The position numbers and the translations under genes are program-made. A DNA stretch of 27,128 bases, taken from positions 1 to 27,128 of IMG/VR virus record IMGVR_UViG_3300048577_000305. One strand, 5' to 3'. Below the pieces are notes generated by a model. The model saw nothing but the letters and a program-made list of their open reading frames with translations. It ran no database searches and had not been told where the DNA came from. The DNA comes from a virus. Lineage: Duplodnaviria; Caudoviricetes. Every line of letters begins with the position of its first letter. Positions within the stretch are counted from its first letter, which is position 1. Of the stretch, positions 7,745 to 15,973 are shown one piece after another.

Positions 7745-10336
7745 TCAAACCCGGTCGAACAGCGCGGCGGTGGAGTCGCCGAGCCGGCCGAGCGACCGGC
7801 GGAAGCCGTCGACGTCCTGCACGCCGTGGAAATGCACCGGGCCGGCGACGACGATGCTGCCACCACGGCTCGACTGCTTTCCGGGCGTCTTCGCCGCCCC
7901 GTCGCCGCCGCCGCCACCGCCTCCACCGCCGCCGCCCACACCGGGAGCGTTGAAGCGCGGCGAGATCGTCGGCGAGACCGTGAAGTTGAGCCCCTGGAAG
8001 ATCGCCTTGATGCGATCGACGAACGACTGCGCCTCGGCCTCGGCCTTCGCCCCCTCGGTCTTGATCGCCTGGGTCACGCCCGCCATGGCGGCCTGCGCCT
8101 TGGCGCCGGCCGTCTGCGGCACGATCTCGCCGAGATTCGGAGCCGGTGCCATCACGGCGTCGGCGCCCGTCTGCCGGGGGGTCTGCAGGGTCGGATACTT
8201 TCTGCGGTAGGCATCGAGGCCGCGCTGCTGCCGGAGATCGCGATCCGTGATCGTGACCGGCGGCTTCTCCGCCAGCGCATCCAGCTTCAAGCGGGTCTCG
8301 GCGCGCTCGATCCGCTGCAGGAGAGATTGGATCGTGCCGAGCTTCTGGATTGCCTGATCGAGCCCGCCGGTCTCGACCGTCGGGGCCACAGTCTTGTGGC
8401 CGAGCTGGTCGAGCGCCTGGCCGGCGTCGGACGCCTTGCGCTTGACGTCGTCGAGCGATTTGAGCGGCGTCGCCGGGACGACGCCGGCCGGCAGGGCCGG
8501 CCTTGGCGCCACGGGCGCGTGAACGAGAGGTTTCCCGGTCTCGGGATCGGTCAGCGGTGTCGCCGGCACCGGCTTTCCGCGGTCTCGCGGCAGCGAGTCG
8601 AGCATCTTCTGGATGATCGCCTTGCGGCGGTCCTCGGGCGTAATGGTCACCTCGGCCGGATAGGCGGGTGCACGGGCCCGCAGTCGCTCTTCCTCGCGCT
8701 GCAGGCGGGCCTCTCCGAGCTGCCGCTGCAGCCGATCTCGGTCCCACCGGGCAAACGGCCGCCCTTTCGCGACGCCGGCTTCGGCGGTCGCCAGCTGGGC
8801 GGTGAGATCGTCGATCCTCGCATCCCCCCGCTTCCGGATGCCCTGCTTGATCCGATCGTCGAGCCCGGCGTTCCACTCGGCCTGTCGAGCCGCGATTTCC
8901 GCGTAGCTCTGGGCCCACCCAGCGAGATACTCGGAAATCTCCTTGAAGCCCCTCGAGGCACCGCTCATCCGGTCGGTCGCCTCGGCTGCGTTCGCGGCCG
9001 CGGCCGCCACACGCTGGTAGTGCGACTCGATGGTGCCGAGCTGGATCGCCAGGTTACCCTGCATCGATCCGGACCACTTGCTCTTGTCGCCGAGGATTTC
9101 GAACATACGGATGATCTCGGGCAGCACCTTCGCGGCGCGCGCCGTCTCGTCCCACCACTCCTGCCCGAAGAATTGGACCCCGAACGCGACCTTGTCCTGC
9201 TGCTTCAACTTGTCGAAGCGGCCGAGCACGTCGAGGATCGTCGCCCTCGCGTTCTTCTCCATGCCGGCCGACACCTGTTTCGGATCGAGTCCGAGATACT
9301 TCTGCAGCGCCTCCTGCTGCTTGTCGGTACCGACATGAGCCGCCGCGAGCTTCGAGCCGAAGGTGTTCATCCAGCGACTCGCGACCTCCTCGGGCATGCC
9401 GCCCGAAATCTGCGCCGCCGTGATGCCGAGCACCGTGTCGTAATCCAGACCGACCGCGGCCCCCGGTGCGGTCGACCGCTTCGCCGCCTCGATCAGCGCC
9501 CGCTCGCTCGCGGCGCTGGCGTCGGCGAGCGCGTTGACCTTGTCGCCCCAGTCCCGCAGCGTCTGCAGGTTCCAGCCGAGCGCCGACTTCATCTCGGCCA
9601 TGGTTTGCATGGTCTCGCGGGCATTGGTGTCCCACGCCTTGCTCGCCATCAGGCCGGTGCGGACCGCGTCCGGCAGCTCCTTGATGTCAATGCCGGCAGC
9701 GCCGGCGGCCGCCGCCTGCTGGAATGCCTCTCCCGGCGACATGCCGAATTGCCGCGCCATCTTGCGCAGATCGACCTGCAAGGATGCGAGCTGTTGTGCG
9801 CTCCCGTTGACCTTCTTGCGCACCTCGGCCCAGGCCTTGTCCTGGTCGACCACAGAGGTGACGGCGGCCCGAGCCCCCCGATACCCGGTGTAACCGGCGC
9901 CGAGGCCGGCCAGCGTGTCGGCGGCGCCGCCGAACACCATCGCGCGGTCATGCCCCGCCCGTCGCCCCCCGAGTGCGGCGCCGATGCCGGCGCCGGCGAG
10001 GCCGCCGCGCGCGCCGGCCGTGCGCACGCCGGCGAGTGCCCGGTCGGCCTGGCGGGCCGCGGCGGCCGTCTCCAGCAGGTCGCGCTTGAGCTTGTCGGGG
10101 CCGCGGACGCTGCCGAGCCCGGCCGCCTCGCGCCGCACATGGGCGAGATGCTGCCCGGCCTGGCGGGAGGCGGTCGAGACCTCGACGATGTTGCGCTTGA
10201 GCTTGTCGGGGCCGCCGGCGCCCTTCAGGCTGCCGGCTGCCGTCTTGATGCCGGCCAGATCCTTGGCGGCCTTGGCGGCCTCGCCGGAGAGCTGGTTGAT
10301 CAGGCGGAGCCGCAGGGCGACGTCGAGGGTGGTCAT
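7745..10336 (-). CDS. Tail tape measure protein (TP901-like core)
   Basis: 863 aa, Ala-rich helical sequence with core AWAEVRKKVN...DKVNALADASAASE...FFGQEW; located after the chaperone genes. Confidence 0.92.
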   Translation of the reverse strand: MTTLDVALRLRLINQLSGEAAKAAKDLAGIKTAAGSLKGAGGPDKLKRNIVEVSTASRQAGQHLAHVRREAAGLGSVRGPDKLKRDLLETAAAARQADRALAGVRTAGARGGLAGAGIGAALGGRRAGHDRAMVFGGAADTLAGLGAGYTGYRGARAAVTSVVDQDKAWAEVRKKVNGSAQQLASLQVDLRKMARQFGMSPGEAFQQAAAAGAAGIDIKELPDAVRTGLMASKAWDTNARETMQTMAEMKSALGWNLQTLRDWGDKVNALADASAASERALIEAAKRSTAPGAAVGLDYDTVLGITAAQISGGMPEEVASRWMNTFGSKLAAAHVGTDKQQEALQKYLGLDPKQVSAGMEKNARATILDVLGRFDKLKQQDKVAFGVQFFGQEWWDETARAAKVLPEIIRMFEILGDKSKWSGSMQGNLAIQLGTIESHYQRVAAAAANAAEATDRMSGASRGFKEISEYLAGWAQSYAEIAARQAEWNAGLDDRIKQGIRKRGDARIDDLTAQLATAEAGVAKGRPFARWDRDRLQRQLGEARLQREEERLRARAPAYPAEVTITPEDRRKAIIQKMLDSLPRDRGKPVPATPLTDPETGKPLVHAPVAPRPALPAGVVPATPLKSLDDVKRKASDAGQALDQLGHKTVAPTVETGGLDQAIQKLGTIQSLLQRIERAETRLKLDALAEKPPVTITDRDLRQQRGLDAYRRKYPTLQTPRQTGADAVMAPAPNLGEIVPQTAGAKAQAAMAGVTQAIKTEGAKAEAEAQSFVDRIKAIFQGLNFTVSPTISPRFNAPGVGGGGGGGGGGGDGAAKTPGKQSSRGGSIVVAGPVHFHGVQDVDGFRRSLGRLGDSTAALFDRV

Positions 10337-10575
10337 TCAGCTCTCCCGACCAGCGCCGTCACCAGCGCGCCCCAGGTATCGTCGTGCAGCTCCGCCGCCT
10401 CGGCCCAGCGCAGGATCAGCTCGTCCCACGGCAAAGCCATGGCCGCGTCCCAGCCGCCGCCGAAGGTGGCGCTCACCCGGGCGACGTAGCCGCTCCACTC
10501 TCGGGGGTCGGCATGGACGACGTCGCCGCGTCGGCCGTGACGGCCAGAATCGCGGCGAAGACGCGAGGCAAAAAA
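10333..10575 (-). CDS. Tail assembly chaperone extension (gpE'/lambda T-like), reached by -1 frameshift
   Basis: The -1 frame after T TTT TTG reads ...GGGWDAAMALPWDELILRWAEAA..., resembling the GpE-family M-x-L-x-x-x-E-L-x-x-W motif. Its stop overlaps the tape measure ATG. Confidence 0.75.
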   Translation of the reverse strand, partial: FFASRLRRDSGRHGRRGDVVHADPREWSGYVARVSATFGGGWDAAMALPWDELILRWAEAAELHDDTWGALVTALVGRAE

Positions 10576-11000
10576 CGGCGGGCGACCTCCAGCACCCGGT
10601 CGCCGTCGTCCTCGTCCAGCCCGCGCAGAACGCCGATCGGCAGCCCGGCCTGGGCCGCGTACAACGCCCAGATCCCGTGCTGCGCGTAGTCCGGGCCGTC
10701 GACGGCGTCGGCGACGTCGGCCACGGTCAGCCGCCGCACCGTGACGGCCTCGATCAGGACGCCGTCGCGCTCGAACGGGAAGTCGAGGGGCACGGTCTCG
10801 GTCGCCGGCTTGCGGCCGCCGGTGAACGCGAGGCGCTCCAGCGGCAGCGGGGCAGCCACCGGCGCGGCCTGGACCGGCGCGGCGGATGCGGCACCGGCCC
10901 GGCGGGCCGCGTCGGGCGAGCCGGGCGGCGGGATGACGGGTGTGAGACTCGGGGTGGCTTCGATCGGGGGAGGCAGATCGTCTTGTGGGTCTTGGGCCAT
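10473..11000 (-). CDS. Tail assembly chaperone (P2 gpE / Mu gp41-like)
   Basis: VPLDFPFERDGVLIEAVTVRRLTVADV...LRGLDEDDGDRV; lies between tube and tape measure, with a GAGG RBS. Confidence 0.85.
   Translation of the reverse strand: MAQDPQDDLPPPIEATPSLTPVIPPPGSPDAARRAGAASAAPVQAAPVAAPLPLERLAFTGGRKPATETVPLDFPFERDGVLIEAVTVRRLTVADVADAVDGPDYAQHGIWALYAAQAGLPIGVLRGLDEDDGDRVLEVARRFLPRVFAAILAVTADAATSSMPTPESGAATSPG
10569..10575 (-). promoter_or_regulatory. Programmed -1 ribosomal frameshift slippery site T TTT TTG
   Basis: CGT TTT TTG in the gpE frame. A T6 run is rare in this GC-rich DNA, and it is the same heptamer P2 uses for E/E'. Confidence 0.8.
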
Positions 11001-11044
11001 CGGGGGATCCTCGAAGCGGCTTCAAACGGAGTTCGAGCCGGGCG

Positions 11045-11566
11045 TCAGCCGGCGATGCGCAGGATGCGATTGTCCTCGTCGGAGCCGAAGTCGGCGTTGT
11101 AGCCCTTCCAGGTGTTGGTCCAGAAGTCGAAGCGGGCGACGATGCCGTAGCCCTCGATCACGTCCTCGAAGTTGGTGATCGACTTGATCTGGTAGCCGTA
11201 GCCCATCAGGCCGCGGCCCTTCATCTCGTCGGGATCGGCCTCGGAGAACAGCCCGCGCATGGTGATGATGCGCTCGCGCTTCGTCCCGGTCTTCTCGTCG
11301 GAGATCAGCTCGTAGACGGTGTAGAGTCGGCGCTGGCTCAGCGCCATGCCGAACTGGCCGAGGAACGCCGGGTTGGCACCGATCAGGTTGAACGCCAGCG
11401 TCAGCGGCTCGATGGCGCCGAGCGGCACGTCGAGGTCCATGACACCGCCGCCCGGCAGGTGGTTCTCGGTCTTCACCTTCGGCGAGGGCAGCTTGTAGCT
11501 CTTCAGCGAGAGCCAGCCGTTGACGCCCTCGCAGTACAGGTTGCCGGCCTTCCTGACGAAATCCAT
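11045..11566 (-). CDS. Major tail tube protein (P2 FII-like)
   Basis: 173 aa following the sheath gene; KLPSPKVKTENHLPGGGVMDLDVPLGAIEPLTLAF pattern; AGGAG RBS. Confidence 0.88.
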   Translation of the reverse strand: MDFVRKAGNLYCEGVNGWLSLKSYKLPSPKVKTENHLPGGGVMDLDVPLGAIEPLTLAFNLIGANPAFLGQFGMALSQRRLYTVYELISDEKTGTKRERIITMRGLFSEADPDEMKGRGLMGYGYQIKSITNFEDVIEGYGIVARFDFWTNTWKGYNADFGSDEDNRILRIAG

Positions 11567-11576
11567 GCGACTGCTC

Positions 11577-13046
11577 CTAACCGATCGTGCCCGTCACCGG
11601 GGTGAGGCTGCCCAGCGCCTGCTGGATGTCGGCGGCCAGCACGTCGAAGGCCGCGAGATAGGGCCGCATGCCGATCTGGATGTCGGAGATGATCGGCGTG
11701 TTCTCGTGCGGCAGCTCGATGCGCAGGATGCCCTGCCGCATGTTCGAGTTCGGGTTCAGGGCCCGGTCGAAGTAGCGCGTGTAGCCGACGACGGCGCCGA
11801 GCGCGACCAGCTCGTCTAAAAAGTACTCGATGGTCTTGACGATCATCAGGGCGTTGTGGGCCGTGAAGTTCTCGCCGCGCCACTTGCGCAGCGCCGCCGG
11901 CAGGCTGGCCCGGATGGCGTTCTCGGTGCGCACCTTGTTGATGAAGCGCCAGTTCGAATCGTTGCTCAGCGTCTCGGAGCCGAACAGCTCCTTGCCTTCG
12001 ATGAAGGTGTTGACGCCGTTGCTGATCAGGAAGTTGGCCTCGTGGTCGAGCTCGCCGTCGTAGTAGGAGATCGGCCGCGCCACCCCGACGATCGCCGAGG
12101 AGGTCTGGTTCTCCGGGCTCCAGTACGGGCCGCCGCGCTCGCGGTCGCGCTTGGCGAACAGCGCCGCGACCGTGGTCGAGGCCGGCCGGGTCAGGATGGT
12201 GTCGTCGGAGCCGTCCAGCACGGCGAAGCGCCGCACCGCCGGGTCGATGGCGTAGAGGTAGCGGCCGTTGTCGCGCTTCAGCCGCTCGGCCCACAGGGCC
12301 GCCTCGGTGCGCGACAGGTTCGGCGCGTCGCAGATGCCGATCGCCAGCAGGCGCTTGGCGACCGCCGACATGGCGAGCGCCACCGGGTTCGCCACCGGGC
12401 CGGTGGCGACCGTGCCGGCCGCGCCGGTGCCGTCGCCCGTGATCGTCATGGTGACGGCGCCCGGGATACCGAAGCCGGCGTCGTCGATCGTCACCCCGAC
12501 CACCTTGCCGCCCTGCACCACGGGCGTGCCCTTCGGCACCACCTGGGCCCCCGCGGCCGTGAACGTCGCGGTCGCCGCGGTGTAGCCCGTGCCCTGATCG
12601 GCGATCGTCACCGTGGTGGCGCCGACGGGAGAGTCGTTGCAGAAGCCCGGGCAGATGATCAGACCGGGGCGCACGCTCGTCTGGGCGCGGGCGTCGAGCA
12701 GGCCCCACAGGCCGGTGCGGTCGGAGGGGTCGCCGATCACCGAGCCCAGCATCTCGTTGCGGGTCGATTTCTTCTCGACCCGGCGGATGAGGAAGCTCGG
12801 GCTGACGCCCTCGCCGAGAATGTCGTCGATCGCCGGCGACAGCTCACCGGCGTCGCCCAGCGTTGCGATCCGGTCGGCCTCGTCGCCGAACAGGTGGACG
12901 TTGGTCTCCAGCGGGAAGATCGCCGGGTTCGCCTCGTCGGCCGACGCCACGATGGTGATGGTGGAAAAGTCCGGCACCTGGACGGTGCGGGCGTCCTCGC
13001 CCGCCTCGAGGAACCGGACGCCGTGGTTCTTGGTCAGCGCGGCCAT
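11577..13046 (-). CDS. Contractile tail sheath protein (P2 FI-like)
   Basis: HGVRFLE, FPLET, RPGLIICPGF, YWSPENQ, ANFLISNGVNTFI and WRFINKVRT motifs. Confidence 0.93.
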   Translation of the reverse strand: MAALTKNHGVRFLEAGEDARTVQVPDFSTITIVASADEANPAIFPLETNVHLFGDEADRIATLGDAGELSPAIDDILGEGVSPSFLIRRVEKKSTRNEMLGSVIGDPSDRTGLWGLLDARAQTSVRPGLIICPGFCNDSPVGATTVTIADQGTGYTAATATFTAAGAQVVPKGTPVVQGGKVVGVTIDDAGFGIPGAVTMTITGDGTGAAGTVATGPVANPVALAMSAVAKRLLAIGICDAPNLSRTEAALWAERLKRDNGRYLYAIDPAVRRFAVLDGSDDTILTRPASTTVAALFAKRDRERGGPYWSPENQTSSAIVGVARPISYYDGELDHEANFLISNGVNTFIEGKELFGSETLSNDSNWRFINKVRTENAIRASLPAALRKWRGENFTAHNALMIVKTIEYFLDELVALGAVVGYTRYFDRALNPNSNMRQGILRIELPHENTPIISDIQIGMRPYLAAFDVLAADIQQALGSLTPVTGTIG

Positions 13047-13056
13047 GGAAGCCCCT

Positions 13057-13689
13057 TCATGTGCCGTTCGAATGCCTCTTGACGAGAGCCGGGATCGGGA
13101 GCGAGGCTACGAGCTGCGATCTCCGGACGGGGGCGGGCCAAACCGACGCGCGCCCGGTGCGTGCCGGGGGCCGGCCGAGATCGGCCGTCACGGCGGTGTC
13201 GCCGCCGGCGGAGTCGATCACCAGCCGCACCTGGCCGGCACGCAACCGCACCTCGGCATAGAAGGGCGCGGTCCGGTCGCCCACATGGGCGCCCGGCACG
13301 AAGCCGGTGCGGCCGGCCGCGGCCCGCCACTCCAGCGCCACCCGGGCGCCGTCGAGGTCGCCCTCGACGACCAGAGCCCAGCGCCCGCCCGTCACGTCGG
13401 TCCAGGCGCCGGTCGCGGCCAGACCCTCGCCGAGACCGACCACGGCATCCGGGCCGGGTGCCAGTGCGCCGGCGATGGCGGCGAGCCGGGCGACGGCCGG
13501 ATCGTCGGTCGCCAGCGTCACACGCTGGACGCCGGCGCCGACCGTCCCGGCGCCGCCGACCGCGTCGACCGCGGCGCCGTCGGCGCCGAGCTGCGCCTTC
13601 ATGCGCTGATAGAGACGCCCGTCGATGCGGTCGCCCGCCACCTTGTCGCCGGTGCCGGGCGTCACCGCCATATGGTCGGTCAGGGCCAT
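13057..13689 (-). CDS. Hypothetical phage (probably virion-associated) protein
   Basis: GGGAG RBS, ATG at 13689, MALTDHMAVTPGTGDKVAGDRIDGRLYQRMK... The last ~35 codons look like run-on through regulatory DNA. Confidence 0.65.
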   Translation of the reverse strand: MALTDHMAVTPGTGDKVAGDRIDGRLYQRMKAQLGADGAAVDAVGGAGTVGAGVQRVTLATDDPAVARLAAIAGALAPGPDAVVGLGEGLAATGAWTDVTGGRWALVVEGDLDGARVALEWRAAAGRTGFVPGAHVGDRTAPFYAEVRLRAGQVRLVIDSAGGDTAVTADLGRPPARTGRASVWPAPVRRSQLVASLPIPALVKRHSNGT

Positions 13690-13699
13690 CGTGGTCTCC

Positions 13700-14266
13700 C
13701 TACAGGGCCGCCCAGGCGAGCCACAGGGCATCGACCTCGGCGTCGGTCTTGCCGGCGGCAGCCTGGATCATCAGCGTCAACGGGTGGTCGCGCTTGGCAA
13801 CCTCCATGGCCTGCCACCGCACCGTCTCCAGCGCCCGGGCCGTCGGATCCGGAATCTGGTCGAGCACGGCCTGGATGGTCGCCGGCACGCCACCGGCGCC
13901 CGCGGCGATCGCCTCGACCGTATTGATCAGCCCGGCCGAAAGCATCCCCATGATCAGCTGCCGGCGCGACAGAAGCGGCAGCGTCGCCGCGGGCAGCGCC
14001 GGCGCCGTCACCGGCGCCTCGGGCGGCTGCGGCACGATGCCGGCGACGGCACATTCCGCGAGGAGCTCGTCGAGGGTGAGATCGAGCCGGGCGAGCGTGT
14101 CGCCGACCGAGACCTGACGCCACTGGGGCGATTCGCCGGCCGGTGCGTCGTTGGCCCACATCGTGGTCGCGCCGAGGAAGGTGCGCAGCGCCTGGCCGTA
14201 AAAGTCGGTGCCCCGCAAGGCATCCAGATCAGCGCGCGTGTTGATCACGCCGAGCATGTCGATCAC
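13700..14266 (-). CDS. Tail-fibre-associated protein / putative fibre chaperone
   Basis: Directly downstream of the Mtd-like gene. C-terminus LSRRQL...W...KRDHPLTLMIQAAAGKTDAEVDALW is typical of proteins that follow phage fibres. Start may be 14257 (GGAG upstream). Confidence 0.7.
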   Translation of the reverse strand: MIDMLGVINTRADLDALRGTDFYGQALRTFLGATTMWANDAPAGESPQWRQVSVGDTLARLDLTLDELLAECAVAGIVPQPPEAPVTAPALPAATLPLLSRRQLIMGMLSAGLINTVEAIAAGAGGVPATIQAVLDQIPDPTARALETVRWQAMEVAKRDHPLTLMIQAAAGKTDAEVDALWLAWAAL

Positions 14267-14281
14267 TCCGATCCGGGCCGG

Positions 14282-15724
14282 CTAAACATGGCAAAGGTGG
14301 CTACAGCAGCCGCGCGCCCCCACGGTGGGGTGCGAGACGTTGGGCTGAGCGCTCCAGATTGCGCTCCGCGAGCCCGCGGATTCGGCGGCGTCCCAGGACC
14401 CTCCGAAGCGAGCCACGTTCTCCTGCTGGTACGTCTGGCCGCGACCGCCGGTGTTGCCGACCCACCCGGCTGCCGCCGCGCCACCACCGAAGTCGCTGCC
14501 CCAGATCCACATGGCGCCGGTCGCCTGCATGATCCCCCATCGCGACGTGTTGGGTGTCTGCAGGAAGGTCGTGCCGGGGTCGGCGCCGGCCGCCCAACCC
14601 TCGGTCACCCCGAATGCGAGCGCCTGGAACTCGGCGGCCGAGGGCAGCCGGAGGCCATGGGTGCCGAGCACCTCGGCCGCTTCCCACCAGGTCAGCGTCG
14701 CGTACGTGGTGGTGCCGTTGCCGCCGCGGGTGAGCGGGATCTTCGGCGGCGCCGCGCCGTCCGCGATAAAGACGCCGTAGCGCGAGGCGCCGTCCGCGAT
14801 GTGATTCACGCCCAGCAGGTAGATGCAGGACCAGAACCACCCGTCGACCAACGTCATGCCGCGAGGATCGTCACAGGCCGGCCGGAACTTCAGATCCCAC
14901 AACGAATATGGGTTGATCTGGGGCGTCGCATTGCCGCCCGCGATGGCCGTGGCATTGCCCCCGGGCGCATAATGGAAACCGCCGATCCGCCGGCTGGTCG
15001 TGGTCGTGAAGCCCGTCGGCGCCGTGAAGCTCGCGTCGGCCCGCAGTGTCCCGTCGGAGCACAGGTAGATGGCGTAATCCGTGCCGGCGGCGAGAGTCGG
15101 CATCTGCACCGCGGCCTGCGCTGCGAACGGGTAGAGGATGCCACCCAGCTCGATCACGGTCCCGGCCTTCAGGCTGACCGCGCCGGCGGCCGTCCGCACG
15201 AACGCGACCGACCACGGGTCGGCCTTGCTGAAGACGGTGCGCGACAGGTCGGCGATACCGAGGTTGGTCAGCCCCTGCAGCTGCTGCGCCTGGGTGTAGC
15301 TGCCCGCCGCGTCGAGCCTCAGCCGCTGATCCAGGAGGCCGTCGTGCTGCACCAGGATGGCGTGCAGCTTGGCGAGCGTGTCTGCGGCCGCGACCACACC
15401 CCCGCGGAGATCGTCGATGATCGCCGCCCGCCGCGACGCGGTCAGGAATTCCCGGTCGGTGCTCTCGACGACCAATGCGGCCGGGACGCCTTCGGTCCGG
15501 ATCTCGGCCAGGAGCGCGAGGATCTGCGTCGCGGCCGGCACGACCTGCTGCTCGATCAGCAGCACGGCCCGGTCGACCACCTCGCGGGACGCCGTCTCGA
15601 TCGTCCTGCTCTGCTGCTCGAGCGCATCGAGCCGCAGGTCGATGTCCTGGCGAAATCCGCGCTCGCTCTTCAAGTACTCGGTCGACGATCGGATGTCGTA
15701 GTCGGAGGCGAACTTGAGCATCAC
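14282..15724 (-). CDS. mtd: Receptor-binding tail protein, Mtd (major tropism determinant)-like, with C-type-lectin/FGE-fold C-terminus
   Basis: Mtd_N-like segment (AGTDYAIYLCSDGTLRADASFTAPTGFTTTTSRRIGGFHYAPGGNA, INPYSLWDLKFRPACDDPRGM) and C-terminus QATGAMWIWG...FGGSW...AGSR..W...P......GARGCCSHL, matching the BPP-1 Mtd pattern as I recall it. An N-terminal coiled/fibre-attachment region of about 165 aa precedes it. Confidence 0.85.
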   Translation of the reverse strand: MMLKFASDYDIRSSTEYLKSERGFRQDIDLRLDALEQQSRTIETASREVVDRAVLLIEQQVVPAATQILALLAEIRTEGVPAALVVESTDREFLTASRRAAIIDDLRGGVVAAADTLAKLHAILVQHDGLLDQRLRLDAAGSYTQAQQLQGLTNLGIADLSRTVFSKADPWSVAFVRTAAGAVSLKAGTVIELGGILYPFAAQAAVQMPTLAAGTDYAIYLCSDGTLRADASFTAPTGFTTTTSRRIGGFHYAPGGNATAIAGGNATPQINPYSLWDLKFRPACDDPRGMTLVDGWFWSCIYLLGVNHIADGASRYGVFIADGAAPPKIPLTRGGNGTTTYATLTWWEAAEVLGTHGLRLPSAAEFQALAFGVTEGWAAGADPGTTFLQTPNTSRWGIMQATGAMWIWGSDFGGGAAAAGWVGNTGGRGQTYQQENVARFGGSWDAAESAGSRSAIWSAQPNVSHPTVGARGCCSHLCHV

Positions 15725-15737
15725 GCCCTCGCGGTTG

Positions 15738-15968
15738 TCACGCCGGCGCCCATCCGACCACCTTGTCCCGGTGCTCGCTGGCGAGCAGGCGGGTCAGGTA
15801 CTCGCCTCGCACCTCGGTCGACCAGCCCGGCGCGAGCTTCGCGCCCGCGAAGGAGAGCCGCTCGGACACCCGGACCGCGTAGGAGGCATCGGGGTCGATG
15901 CCGATGGCGCCCGTGCCGGCGTCGCCGGTCGCCGGCGTCGCCGAGGCGTCCCTCTTGGTCTTCGCCAT
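15738..15968 (-). CDS. Hypothetical phage protein (76 aa)
   Basis: MAKTKRDASATP...IDPDASYAVRVSERLSFAGAKLAPGW...; fills the gap between two tail genes, with GGAG upstream. Confidence 0.65.
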   Translation of the reverse strand: MAKTKRDASATPATGDAGTGAIGIDPDASYAVRVSERLSFAGAKLAPGWSTEVRGEYLTRLLASEHRDKVVGWAPA

Positions 15969-15973
15969 GATCA

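Noticed and set aside
7559-10489. 976-aa plus-strand ORF (likewise 13625-15970, 17372-19243, 345-1628, 2239-3525, 11856-13082)
   Set aside because: These are antisense shadows of well-supported minus-strand genes. They are Arg/Gly/His-rich with no motifs, as expected in high-GC DNA with few off-frame stops.
13057-14281. DGR template repeat, avd or RT downstream of mtd
   Set aside because: No AAC-rich copy of the VR, no YxDD-type RT motif and no Avd-like ORF found by eye in the window.
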